In this document: piece by piece, positions 28,999 to 37,791 of the stretch
Numbering within the stretch: position 1 is the stretch's first letter
Layout: each line of letters starts with the position of its first letter
DNA from: an uncultured Treponema sp.
GTDB taxonomy: Bacteria; Spirochaetota; Spirochaetia; Treponematales; Treponemataceae
Assembly (NCBI GenBank): GCA_964653395.1
Contig: CAZZFL010000002.1
Location: 1 to 53,308 of the forward strand
Direction of reading: 5' to 3'
Length of the DNA stretch: 53,308 bases
Position numbers and translations under genes: made by a program
The notes under the pieces: model-generated
Seen by the model: only the letters and a program-made list of their open reading frames with translations
What the model was told of the DNA's origin: nothing
Databases searched by the model: none

Positions 28999-29009
28999 GA
29001 ATTCTGCCA

Positions 29010-29113
29010 AAAACGCAGTGAGTTTTCACCAAAAACTCACTGCGTTTTTTAAAATTCTCACTGACTTTTTGACCAAAACTCACTGCGTTTTCACCAAAAA
29101 CTCAGTGAGAATT
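29010..29113. repeat. Five quasi-palindromic units AAAAC(G/T)CA(G/C)TG(A/C)GTTTT with 22/21/22/22-bp period
   Basis: Cores start at 29014, 29036, 29057, 29079, 29101; unit 1 is the exact reverse complement of units 2 and 4. Confidence 0.9.
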
Positions 29114-29162
29114 TGACCAAAATGCGTTTTTTCGTTTTGGAACGAAGTTTTTTGTTTTGCTT

Positions 29163-30053
29163 TTATGCTAGAATTTGCTTTTCGATTCCGCTCGCCGCCA
29201 AAAGTTTTTTCGTGTATTCGTGCTTGGGATTTTTCAAAATATTTTCGGCCGGACCTTCTTCAACGATGTGTCCTTCTTTCATCACGCCGATTGTGTCCGC
29301 CATGTAGGAAACCGCGTCGAGATTGTGCGAAATAAAAAGATAAGTTATGCCGAGCGATTTTTGAAAATCTTTGAGAAGATTCAAAATCTGCGCTTGCACC
29401 AAAACGTCCAGCGCCGAAACGCATTCATCGCAAACAAGAAATTTCGGCCGCAAAATCATCGCCGCGCAAATCGCCACTCGCTGTCTTTGACCGCCCGAAA
29501 GTTCCCACGACCTGCGTTCCATCACGCTCGAGTCAAGCCCGGTGAGCGTCCGCATTTCGTTCACGATTCTTCGCCGCGCGTTTTTGTCTTCGCCGATTTT
29601 GTGAATCGCGAGCGGCTCTTCGATGATGTCCTTCACGCGCATCGCTGGATTTAGCGAATCGTAAGGATTTTGAAAAATGATTTGGGCGGATTTGCGAAAT
29701 TCTTTTTTTTCTTGCCGCGAAAATTGCGAAACTTTTTTGCCGTGAAAAAAAACTTCGCCATCATCCGCAGGCAAAAGGTCGAGCAAAATATTTGCCAGCG
29801 TGGATTTTCCGCTGCCCGATTCGCCGACGAGCGCGTAGGTCGTTCCCTGAAAAATTTTGAGCGAAACGTTTTCGAGCGCGCGGACGCAATTTTTCGTGCC
29901 GCTCAAAAATTGCGACGAAGAAAATTTTTTGCAAATGTTTTTCGCTTCCACAAGAGGAAATCTTTTTTCCGCGAATTCTGAATCTGCTTTAAAATTATTT
30001 TCGCTTTCCAAATATTTTCTCCCTAATAATTTTTTGCGTGTGCGAAAGTGCAT
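29163..30053 (-). CDS. oppF: Peptide/nickel ABC transporter ATP-binding subunit (OppF/DppF)
   Basis: GESGSGKST, LSGGQRQR, VCDE, FISH, NPKHEYT; start uncertain. Confidence 0.85.
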   Translation of the reverse strand: MHFRTRKKLLGRKYLESENNFKADSEFAEKRFPLVEAKNICKKFSSSQFLSGTKNCVRALENVSLKIFQGTTYALVGESGSGKSTLANILLDLLPADDGEVFFHGKKVSQFSRQEKKEFRKSAQIIFQNPYDSLNPAMRVKDIIEEPLAIHKIGEDKNARRRIVNEMRTLTGLDSSVMERRSWELSGGQRQRVAICAAMILRPKFLVCDECVSALDVLVQAQILNLLKDFQKSLGITYLFISHNLDAVSYMADTIGVMKEGHIVEEGPAENILKNPKHEYTKKLLAASGIEKQILA

Positions 30054-31072
30054 TCGACGAAATGCTCTCCGAAAAATTTCGGTGTCGGATTTTGCCTTGC
30101 ACATTCAGCCTTCGCGTTCGAACATCTGCCGAAAAAGTTGCACTGGCTTTCCTTGCGTTCGGCGGGGGAGGGGACAGAGCCGGTGACGGTAAAAAGCCTC
30201 TCGCCTTTTTTTGCCGAATTAGGAATCGCGCGCAAAAGTGCCGCCGTATATGGATGCAGCGGCTCGCGGAAAATTTCTTCGGTCGCGCCGCTTTCTATTA
30301 TGCGCCCCGCGTACATCACGTAGACGCGCGAGCAAATTTTTCTTACGATGGAAAAATCGTGCGTGATCAAAAGGAGCGAAGTTTTCAATTCTTTGTTGAG
30401 ATTTAAAATCGTTTGCAAAATTTCTTTTTGGATTGTCGCGTCCAGCGCGCTTGTCGGCTCGTCGGCAATCAAAAGCCCTGGGGAATTGATGAGCGAAGCC
30501 GCGATCAAAACGCGCTGCTTTTGTCCGCCTGAAATTTCGTGCGGAAAACTTTTGTAGATTCGCTCGATGTCGCAAAGGCCGGTTTTCGCCATGATTTTTT
30601 TCGCCTGTTCGCGCGCGGATTTTTTCGGCGTGCCGTGCGCAATCGCGGCTTCTTCGATTTGCTTTCCGCAAGTGGAAAGCGGGTCGAGCGCGGCCGCAGG
30701 ATCTTGGAAAATCATCGAAATGTTTTTTCCTGAAATCTCGCGCCGCGATTTTTCGTCCAATTCCAAAATGTTTTTTGCGAAGGAATTTCCTTCCGCAATT
30801 TTTTTTTCGTTTTGCGCGAAAAGAATTTCGCCGCCGGAAATCTTCGAGTTTTGCGGAAGCACGTTCATGATTGCGCTTGCGGTCAAAGTTTTTCCGCAGC
30901 CGCTTTCTCCCACCAGCGCGACGAATTCGCCTGGAAAAATTTTTATGCCGACGTTTTCCACGGCTCGAATTTTTTTGTCTGAAAATTCCACGCAAAGATT
31001 TTTCACTTCGAGAAGCGGACTCATTGCGTCTTCATTTTTTTTCATTGCGTTCGTTTTTGAAATCTCGCTCAT
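30023..31072 (-). CDS. oppD: Peptide/nickel ABC transporter ATP-binding subunit (OppD/DppD)
   Basis: GESGCGKT, ISGGQKQR, IADEPT, PLHPYT, Cys-rich tail; ATGA overlap with oppC. Confidence 0.88.
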   Translation of the reverse strand: MSEISKTNAMKKNEDAMSPLLEVKNLCVEFSDKKIRAVENVGIKIFPGEFVALVGESGCGKTLTASAIMNVLPQNSKISGGEILFAQNEKKIAEGNSFAKNILELDEKSRREISGKNISMIFQDPAAALDPLSTCGKQIEEAAIAHGTPKKSAREQAKKIMAKTGLCDIERIYKSFPHEISGGQKQRVLIAASLINSPGLLIADEPTSALDATIQKEILQTILNLNKELKTSLLLITHDFSIVRKICSRVYVMYAGRIIESGATEEIFREPLHPYTAALLRAIPNSAKKGERLFTVTGSVPSPAERKESQCNFFGRCSNAKAECARQNPTPKFFGEHFVECTFAHAKNY

Positions 31073-31887
31073 TCTCCGCCCCTGTTCACTTGGGAAATTC
31101 CGTCGCCGAGCAAATTGAATCCCAAAGCCAAAATCACGAGCGCGATGGCAGGAACGAGAAGTCCAGCGATGTCGGTCAAAATGAAACGCTGCGCTTCGCT
31201 CAACATTCTTCCGAACGACGCGAGCGGAGGCTGAACGCCGAGTCCCAGATAGCTCAAGCCCGATTCGCTCAAAACCGCGAGCGAAAAATTCAGCGTCGCC
31301 GTGACAGTAATGTCGCCTGCGATGTTCGGCAAAATGTGGCGCAAGATTATTCGCGCGTCGCTCGCGCCCCGCGCCTTGCTCGCCAGTACAAAAGTCGCGC
31401 CACGATATTTCAAAAATCCCGAGCGCGCGATTCTTGAAAAGCGCGGCACGCTCATTATGCAAAGCGCCAAAATCGTGATTTGCAATCCGTTTCCGAAAAT
31501 CGAAATCAGCATCAAAGCCAAAAGAATTCCCGGAAACGAAAGTTGCACGTCGATGATTTTTGTGATGACTGAATCCGCGATTCCGCCGAAATAGCCGCCG
31601 ATCGCGCCGAAAAAAGTTCCAACGATCATGCCGAAAATTGTCGCCGCGCTTCCCACCAAAATCGAGACGCGGCTTGCGTACATGAGGCGGCTCAAAATGT
31701 CGCGCCCCAAATAGTCCGTGCCGAAAATGTGCGATGGCGAAAATCCCAAAAATTTTTGGCTCACGTCGATTTCGTTCGGGTCGCAGGGCATCGCGAAAAA
31801 TCCGAAAATCATCAGCGAAAAAATCGATGAAGCCATCACGAATCCGAAGAAAAAATTTTTGTTGGAAAAATATTTTTTCAATTTCAT
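31069..31887 (-). CDS. oppC: Peptide ABC transporter permease (OppC/DppC)
   Basis: FGTDYLGRD, HILPN, LSYLGLGVQPP. Confidence 0.9.
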   Translation of the reverse strand: MKLKKYFSNKNFFFGFVMASSIFSLMIFGFFAMPCDPNEIDVSQKFLGFSPSHIFGTDYLGRDILSRLMYASRVSILVGSAATIFGMIVGTFFGAIGGYFGGIADSVITKIIDVQLSFPGILLALMLISIFGNGLQITILALCIMSVPRFSRIARSGFLKYRGATFVLASKARGASDARIILRHILPNIAGDITVTATLNFSLAVLSESGLSYLGLGVQPPLASFGRMLSEAQRFILTDIAGLLVPAIALVILALGFNLLGDGISQVNRGGE

Positions 31888-32831
31888 TTTTTCCTCCGGC
31901 GAATTCTTGGATCGGCGAGCGAATGCAAAACGTCAACGAAAAAATTGCACACCACGGTGATGGCCGCGAGGTAGAGCGTGAGCGTTTGCAAAAGCGGAAA
32001 GTCGCGCGATGAAATCGAAGTGGCGATGAGCCGCCCGATTCCCGGAATGGAAAAAACATTCTCTATTATAATCGAGCCGCCGAGAATGTCGGCGATCAAA
32101 AGTCCGAGCATCGTAAGCGCGGGCAAGAACGCGTTGCGAAAGACGTGGGCGAAAATTATTTTGCCTGAACTCAATCCTTTCGCGCGAAGCGTTTTGACAT
32201 AATCTTTTTTTTGTTCGGCTTGAATCGAATTTTTCAAATAGCGGGAAAGAATCGCGCCGCTTCCCAAAGCCAGCGAAAGCGCGGGCAAAAAAAGCGAGCG
32301 CACGCACGCGATCGGATTTTGTTTCCACGGAACGAATCCCATCGAAGGAAACGCGCGGAGTTTCACGCAAAAAATTATGATTAAAAAAATCGCGGCGCAA
32401 AACGAAGGTGTCGCGATCCAAATTTGGTTTAGGATTGACGCGGCGAACGCGAACGGATTCTTTTCTTTGAGCGCGATGAAAATTCCGAACGCGATTCCCA
32501 AAATCGCGCTTAAAGCCAAAGAAAAAATCGCGAGCGAAAAAGTCGCGCCGAACGCGTCCGCCACGACCTTGGAGACGCTCTTTGAATATTTGTAGCTTTT
32601 CCCGAAGTCGCCGTGAAAAATTTCCTTGAGCCATTCGCCGTATCGAAGGAGGGGGCTTTTGTCCAGTCCCAATTCGCGTTCCAAATTCGCGATTTGAATT
32701 TCATCCGCGTCCGGTCCCAAAATCGCCACTGCGGGATTTCCCGGCAAAATCCGAAACGCAAAGAAAGTGACGAGCGTCACCAAAAAAAGCGTCAAGATGA
32801 ATTCAAGAAATTTCTTTAGATAAAATCCCAT
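31884..32831 (-). CDS. oppB: Peptide ABC transporter permease (OppB/DppB)
   Basis: LGLDKS, GDFGKS, DYVKTLRAKGL, ENVFSIPGIG, ADPRIR. Confidence 0.9.
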   Translation of the reverse strand: MGFYLKKFLEFILTLFLVTLVTFFAFRILPGNPAVAILGPDADEIQIANLERELGLDKSPLLRYGEWLKEIFHGDFGKSYKYSKSVSKVVADAFGATFSLAIFSLALSAILGIAFGIFIALKEKNPFAFAASILNQIWIATPSFCAAIFLIIIFCVKLRAFPSMGFVPWKQNPIACVRSLFLPALSLALGSGAILSRYLKNSIQAEQKKDYVKTLRAKGLSSGKIIFAHVFRNAFLPALTMLGLLIADILGGSIIIENVFSIPGIGRLIATSISSRDFPLLQTLTLYLAAITVVCNFFVDVLHSLADPRIRRRKK

Positions 32832-32842
32832 TTGATTTCTTT

Positions 32843-34351
32843 CTATTCAAAATACCATTCGGCAAAATTGTGGAACAAAAGCGGATAGCCTTGAATTCCA
32901 CGGACGCGCGGAGCGGCCAAATATGATTGTTCGGGATCGGCGATGAAAACCGCCGGCGATTCTTGCGCGAGAATTTTCTGGCATTCTTTGTAGAACGCGA
33001 CTTGCTTTTTGTGGTCGAGTTCCTTCGCGGCCGCCATGAAATTTTCGTCGAAATCGTCGTTGTAGAATCTCGTGAAGTTCCGATTGTACGTCGAATAATA
33101 TCGCCGCAAAATGTCCGCCGGATCAATCTTGCCAGAAAATCCGATTATCGTCATTTCATAGTTGAACTTTGTGTAAACTTGGTCGAGCCATGTCGCCCAT
33201 TCCACGGCGTTGATGACGCAGCGGATTTTTATTTTCGCAAGTTGCGCCGCGATTATTTGCGCCGTGTCCATGTGGTATTGATAGTTCGCGGGAACTGTGA
33301 TCGTGATGTCGAAGCCGTTTTCGTATCCGGCTTCCGCCAAAAGTCGCTCGGCCTTTTTCAAGTCGAACGGATTTTCATTTTCGAGCGAGTCGTTGTAATA
33401 TTCGCGAAGCACCGGCGAAAAATTTGAATACAATTCGATCGCGTTTCCGCCGTACACGCCGTCGATGATTTCCTTTTTGTTCACCGCCGCCGCCACCGCC
33501 TTTCGCACGCGGATGTCGTCGAACGGCTTCACCTTGTTGTTCATTCCCAAAATCTGAACCAAGTTGTGCGGAAAGCCGTGATCCACGAATTGCCCTTTGA
33601 GCGCCTTCGTGTTCGCCTGCGAAACCATCGTGGCGACGTCAAGCTGTCCGGACTGCAACGCGGAAATCGTCGCGCTTTCGTCGGTGATGATGTAGACTTC
33701 GACGTTCGGAATTTTGGCGGCCTTGCTTTTGTTCCAATAATTTTCGTTTTTCTTGAGGACGAGTTTTTGGTTTTGCGCATACTCGACGAATTCGTAAGGC
33801 CCCGTCCCGACAGGATGATTTTCCTGATCATCGTAGCCTTCCGGCAAAATCACCGAAATCGCCGCGAGCAAAAACGAAGGATTCGCCTCTTTCATTTCGA
33901 CGATGAATTCATATTTGCCGTTCGAGCGGACGGATTTCACCGCGCCGAATTTTGCGGAAGTGGGCTTGAGACCGTCTAGCCCAGCCATGTTCTTGTAGGA
34001 AAATTCCGCGTCGCTTGAAGTGAATTCTTTTCCGTTGTGAAACTGAATTCCTTTGCGCAGCGAAAAAGTGTAGGTCAAGCCGTCTTCGCTTTGCACGACT
34101 TTTTCGGCAAGGCACGGAACGATTTTTCCGTTCGCGTCAAACGCCATCAACCCTTCGAAAATGTTTCGCCACAAAGCCTCGCTGTCGGCGGACGCGCTCT
34201 TCCATGGAAAAAAACTGTCAGGCTCGGAAGAAATGTTCATCCGCAAAATTTCATCTCCGCTCCGTGCCGCCTTGCACGAAAAAAAAGCGGACGCAATTCC
34301 AAAAAAAATCGCCGCAAAAAAAATCCTAGAAAATTTCACGATGTTCTCCAT
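32843..34351 (-). CDS. oppA: Peptide ABC transporter substrate-binding lipoprotein (SBP family 5)
   Basis: FFSC lipobox, YTFSLRKGIQFHNG, PVGTGPY, PFDDIRVRKA. Confidence 0.9.
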   Translation of the reverse strand: MENIVKFSRIFFAAIFFGIASAFFSCKAARSGDEILRMNISSEPDSFFPWKSASADSEALWRNIFEGLMAFDANGKIVPCLAEKVVQSEDGLTYTFSLRKGIQFHNGKEFTSSDAEFSYKNMAGLDGLKPTSAKFGAVKSVRSNGKYEFIVEMKEANPSFLLAAISVILPEGYDDQENHPVGTGPYEFVEYAQNQKLVLKKNENYWNKSKAAKIPNVEVYIITDESATISALQSGQLDVATMVSQANTKALKGQFVDHGFPHNLVQILGMNNKVKPFDDIRVRKAVAAAVNKKEIIDGVYGGNAIELYSNFSPVLREYYNDSLENENPFDLKKAERLLAEAGYENGFDITITVPANYQYHMDTAQIIAAQLAKIKIRCVINAVEWATWLDQVYTKFNYEMTIIGFSGKIDPADILRRYYSTYNRNFTRFYNDDFDENFMAAAKELDHKKQVAFYKECQKILAQESPAVFIADPEQSYLAAPRVRGIQGYPLLFHNFAEWYFE

Positions 34352-34411
34352 AAAAAAGCAAGTGCGATTTTGCAAAATTTTTTCGCCGAAAAATGCCATC
34401 GCCTTTTCCCG

Positions 34412-34440
34412 ATGTTAGCACAGAAGCGTGAAAAAGTCAA
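34412..34440 (-). promoter_or_regulatory. opp operon promoter TTGACT-N17-TAACAT with extended TG
   Basis: Minus strand -35 at 34440-34435, -10 at 34417-34412. Confidence 0.6.
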
Positions 34441-34534
34441 CGCGAATAAATGTTAAAAAATTGTCAGGACAAATTCGACCAGAAAATTTTTTGTGAAATT
34501 AAAAAAAGTATCGAGAGAAAATTTTGGAAGAGAA

Positions 34535-34558
34535 AATATGACATTTTCATGTCATATT
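34535..34558. repeat. Palindrome copy 3: AATATGACA-N6-TGTCATATT
   Basis: 9-bp arms, spacer TTTTCA. Confidence 0.85.
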
Positions 34559-34685
34559 AAAAAAATTCCAACAATGCAAAAACTTATGTTTCCGCGATAT
34601 GAGAATTCCTTGTGCGAAGTTTGTGTCTTTTGTCTACGATGTGGCTTTGCAAAGAATCGCGAGTTTTACTCACTCGCGATGCAAT

Positions 34686-35474
34686 TCATTCCCTGCCCAA
34701 AATCGCGTTCGCCAAAATTACTGCGTCCGCAATTTGCGATGCGAGTTCAATTTGCAAATCAGGTTTTTGCGCGAGCATTTTTTCGCGGTCGCCCATTCCG
34801 CCAAGCACGGCCGCAGTGAGCGTTCCCGCCGCGTGCCCTGCGCCTATGTCCGTGTAGCTGTCGCCGACCATAATCGTTTCTTCCGGCGCAATAGGTATGA
34901 ATTCCGCATCGCAGCCGTCCGAATTTTTTTGGGTTTTGTGTTTGATTTCATTTTGAATTTTCTGATTGATTTTTTCAAGCGCAACAAAAATTCCGTCCGG
35001 CGCAGGTTTTAAATTTTTCACTTGCTCAGGACCAATCGGCGCGTCGAAATATTTTTCGATTTTAAAATGCTTTAAAATTTGCAGCAAAATTTTCGAAGGC
35101 TTGTTCGTGACGATTCCCATCCGAATTCCCCCCGCTTTCAATTTTGCGAGCATTTCTTCAAAGCCAGGATAAATTTTTGTTTTTACGATGGCGTGCGAAT
35201 AATAATATTGCAAATATTCAGCGTGGATTTTTTTGAATTGCGCCTGCGAAATCGGGAGGGGGCTTTCGATGTCGAGCCTTTTGGAATTTTTGATTGCGCG
35301 TTCAATCAAAGCGACCGAGCCATTCCCAACGAACGTGCGCATTTTCGCGTAAGAAACCGTTCGCATTCCGTGCGCTTTGAGCGTGGCGTTCACGGCATCG
35401 GCAATGTCCGCCGCCGAATTTATTATCACGCCGTCGCAGTCGAAAAGAACCGCGCGAATTTGTTTTTGTGCCAT
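34686..35474 (-). CDS. HAD-family phosphatase (phosphoglycolate phosphatase-like)
   Basis: FDCDG, VTNK, KPAPD, MVGDSYTD. Confidence 0.88.
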   Translation of the reverse strand: MAQKQIRAVLFDCDGVIINSAADIADAVNATLKAHGMRTVSYAKMRTFVGNGSVALIERAIKNSKRLDIESPLPISQAQFKKIHAEYLQYYYSHAIVKTKIYPGFEEMLAKLKAGGIRMGIVTNKPSKILLQILKHFKIEKYFDAPIGPEQVKNLKPAPDGIFVALEKINQKIQNEIKHKTQKNSDGCDAEFIPIAPEETIMVGDSYTDIGAGHAAGTLTAAVLGGMGDREKMLAQKPDLQIELASQIADAVILANAILGRE

Positions 35475-35493
35475 GAATTTATTTTCTCCTCAA

Positions 35494-37662
35494 TTAAAAA
35501 TTTTTGTGCAGACGCTGAACGAATTCAAATCTGCCCACAGAATATTCTTTTTCTTCGCCGTTCACAATCAAGTTCAAATAAATTCCGTCTTGAAATTTCG
35601 TCCTGTCGATGCTCACAGGATTTCCCACTTCAAGATTCGCGCCTTTTGAAATTCGAAAAAGAATTTTTTCTTTGTTGCGCAACGCTTGCTCGATGACATG
35701 CACTTTTCCCTGATAGTCCATTCCACGCGCGGATTTTTTTTCCACTGGAATTGTCGGCGCGCGCAACTGCGAAGAATTGACAATCATTTTCGAAGCGGCA
35801 ATGTCGCGCAAAGTATCTTTTTGTTCGTCGGAAAGTTCGAGCGCGTCTATGCTTTTGAAAATATTCTGCAAAAAATTTTGTGGCTCATCGGAAAATTTTT
35901 CTTCTGCGCTTGCCTTTGTTTTTTTTGAAGAATTTTTTGTGGATTTTTTTTCATCAAAATCTTCGCCTGATTTTTTCGGCGTTTCTTTTTTCGCATTTTG
36001 CGCTTCGTCAAAAATCGCGCGAGCATTTCCGATTTTTGAAAAATGCGATTGCGAAATTTTGTTTTCCGCCATTTTTATTTTTCCCGTATTTTCAATTCCG
36101 CATCGCTTTAAAAGCCGCTCGACTTTTGCCTCGTCCGCGCAATCAAGCAAAAAAATTCCAGGCGCGAGCTGCTCAAAAATATGTTGCTTCAAATGCGAAT
36201 TGTGTTCGGCGAGCGCGGCGGATTTTTCGTCAAGCTTTATGATGAAGCCTTTGTAAATCGAAATTGATTTGTACGCGCCTTCCCATTCTTTCAGCGAAAT
36301 TTCTAGAGATTCCGGCAAATTCAAATTTGAATTTGCTTGAAAAAATTCGATTATTTTTTTGCTGTCCAATCCGCAATCCAAAGCGCGAATCATAGAATCT
36401 TTGTTGATTTCAAATTGCGCCACCGTGTCAAATTTTACGATGTCCGCGAATTTCACGAGCGGAAAAATTTTGCTCGGCGAAAATCCTTGCATGAGCGTTA
36501 CGTTGAACGCGCTGTCCATTTCGAGCATCGCCTGATTTTGCGCGGCGGAATTTGGCGAGAAAAAATTCGGATTTTTGAAAACAATTTTGTCCGAAGAATT
36601 TTCATTTGAAACATTTACGATTCCTAGCGTTTCCGCGTAATTTAAAAGTCGCTCAAAAAATTCGTTCAGCGTTTCAGGCTCGCTTTGCAAATCCGCGCCT
36701 TGCTCGTGGCTTTGCACGATTTTTGAAAATCGGCTCGGCTTCGAATAAGAAAAATATTCGAGCGAATTTTTAGCGCAAAGCAAATATATGTAACGCAAAA
36801 AAACGCTTTCACGAAATCCGTTTTGCGGAATTGCGTTCAGCGCGTTCAAAAAAATTTCAGCGTAAAGTCGCGTGCGCTCTTTTGAAGAATGAACTGGAAT
36901 CGCCGCGAGCAAATAAATTATTTGCTCGTCGCTTTCCAATTCTGAAAACGCTTCGATTTCGTTCCAATTAATTTCGAACGCGCCGTCGATTTCTTTTACC
37001 AATTCCAAATTTACAAACGCGCGCGACAAAAGTTTTAGCTGTTCGAGCTGCGCCGGAAATTTTTCCTTCAAATCATCTTCGGCGCGTTTTTTAAAAGTGC
37101 CGTCGAGTTTGCAGACGCTTTTGTTTTTTGCGATGTAACTCAAAAATGCCGCCACGAGTTCCGCGCGCGCGCATTCTCGCGAAGGCGGAATTTTTATTTT
37201 TGACGAATTTTCAGGACAAAGATTTTTCGCGCTCAAAATATTTTCCAATGACAAAATCGGATTTATTTTGTATGTAGAAGCGTAGCGTCGCGAAGAAGAA
37301 TCTTCGTAAATCAAAAGCCGCGATTTTAATTCTTGCAAATGTCGTTGCGTTTTTTCTTCAGCAAAATCGCTTCCGAAAAATTCTTTCAAACTTTCGATGT
37401 TCGCGCCGGAAATAAATTTGATTGCGGACAAAAGCAAAATGTCTTGTTTGGAAAGCAGCGCGATGATATTTTTTTGCGTTTCCTCGCGGCGCAAAAACGC
37501 TTCCAATTGTTCGAGCAATTTTTGTTTGTTGTACGGAGTTTTCACTTCGCCCAAATAAAGGCGCATCGTCATCAAAAAATCGTTGTCTTCAAGTTGGATA
37601 AAATATTTTCGCCATTTGTCAAATTCGTCTTCATAAAAATTCGAATCAAAATTCCGCGTCAT
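35494..37662 (-). CDS. XPB-associated protein (helicase-associated domain, possible WYL-like C-terminus)
   Basis: FEINKDSMIRALDCG...FFQ...LPESL..SLKEW resembles the XPB N-terminal domain; GGAGG SD before ATG 37662; directly downstream of xpb. Confidence 0.65.
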   Translation of the reverse strand: MTRNFDSNFYEDEFDKWRKYFIQLEDNDFLMTMRLYLGEVKTPYNKQKLLEQLEAFLRREETQKNIIALLSKQDILLLSAIKFISGANIESLKEFFGSDFAEEKTQRHLQELKSRLLIYEDSSSRRYASTYKINPILSLENILSAKNLCPENSSKIKIPPSRECARAELVAAFLSYIAKNKSVCKLDGTFKKRAEDDLKEKFPAQLEQLKLLSRAFVNLELVKEIDGAFEINWNEIEAFSELESDEQIIYLLAAIPVHSSKERTRLYAEIFLNALNAIPQNGFRESVFLRYIYLLCAKNSLEYFSYSKPSRFSKIVQSHEQGADLQSEPETLNEFFERLLNYAETLGIVNVSNENSSDKIVFKNPNFFSPNSAAQNQAMLEMDSAFNVTLMQGFSPSKIFPLVKFADIVKFDTVAQFEINKDSMIRALDCGLDSKKIIEFFQANSNLNLPESLEISLKEWEGAYKSISIYKGFIIKLDEKSAALAEHNSHLKQHIFEQLAPGIFLLDCADEAKVERLLKRCGIENTGKIKMAENKISQSHFSKIGNARAIFDEAQNAKKETPKKSGEDFDEKKSTKNSSKKTKASAEEKFSDEPQNFLQNIFKSIDALELSDEQKDTLRDIAASKMIVNSSQLRAPTIPVEKKSARGMDYQGKVHVIEQALRNKEKILFRISKGANLEVGNPVSIDRTKFQDGIYLNLIVNGEEKEYSVGRFEFVQRLHKNF

Positions 37663-37678
37663 AATTTCCTCCATTAAT

Positions 37679-37750
37679 TTTTCACAGTGAAAAAAGTGTA
37701 AACTTTCTTCATTGTGAAAATGCGATTTCGCAACGAAGCGAAAAATCGCA
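37679..37750. repeat. Two adjacent hairpins in the xpb-partner intercistronic gap
   Basis: 19-bp arms at 37679-37697 and 37702-37720 (17/19 match); TGCGATTT...AAATCGCA at 37721-37750. Confidence 0.7.
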
Positions 37751-37791
37751 ATGAATGAGTTTTGAAAAACTCGTAATTAAAATCAGCGAAT

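Noticed and set aside
29010-29113. CRISPR array
   Set aside because: No unique spacers, units invert, no cas genes
31073-32059. 330-aa N-terminal extension of oppD suggesting a fusion or frameshift
   Set aside because: It overlaps intact oppC/oppB in another frame; an ATGA-coupled start exists at 31072
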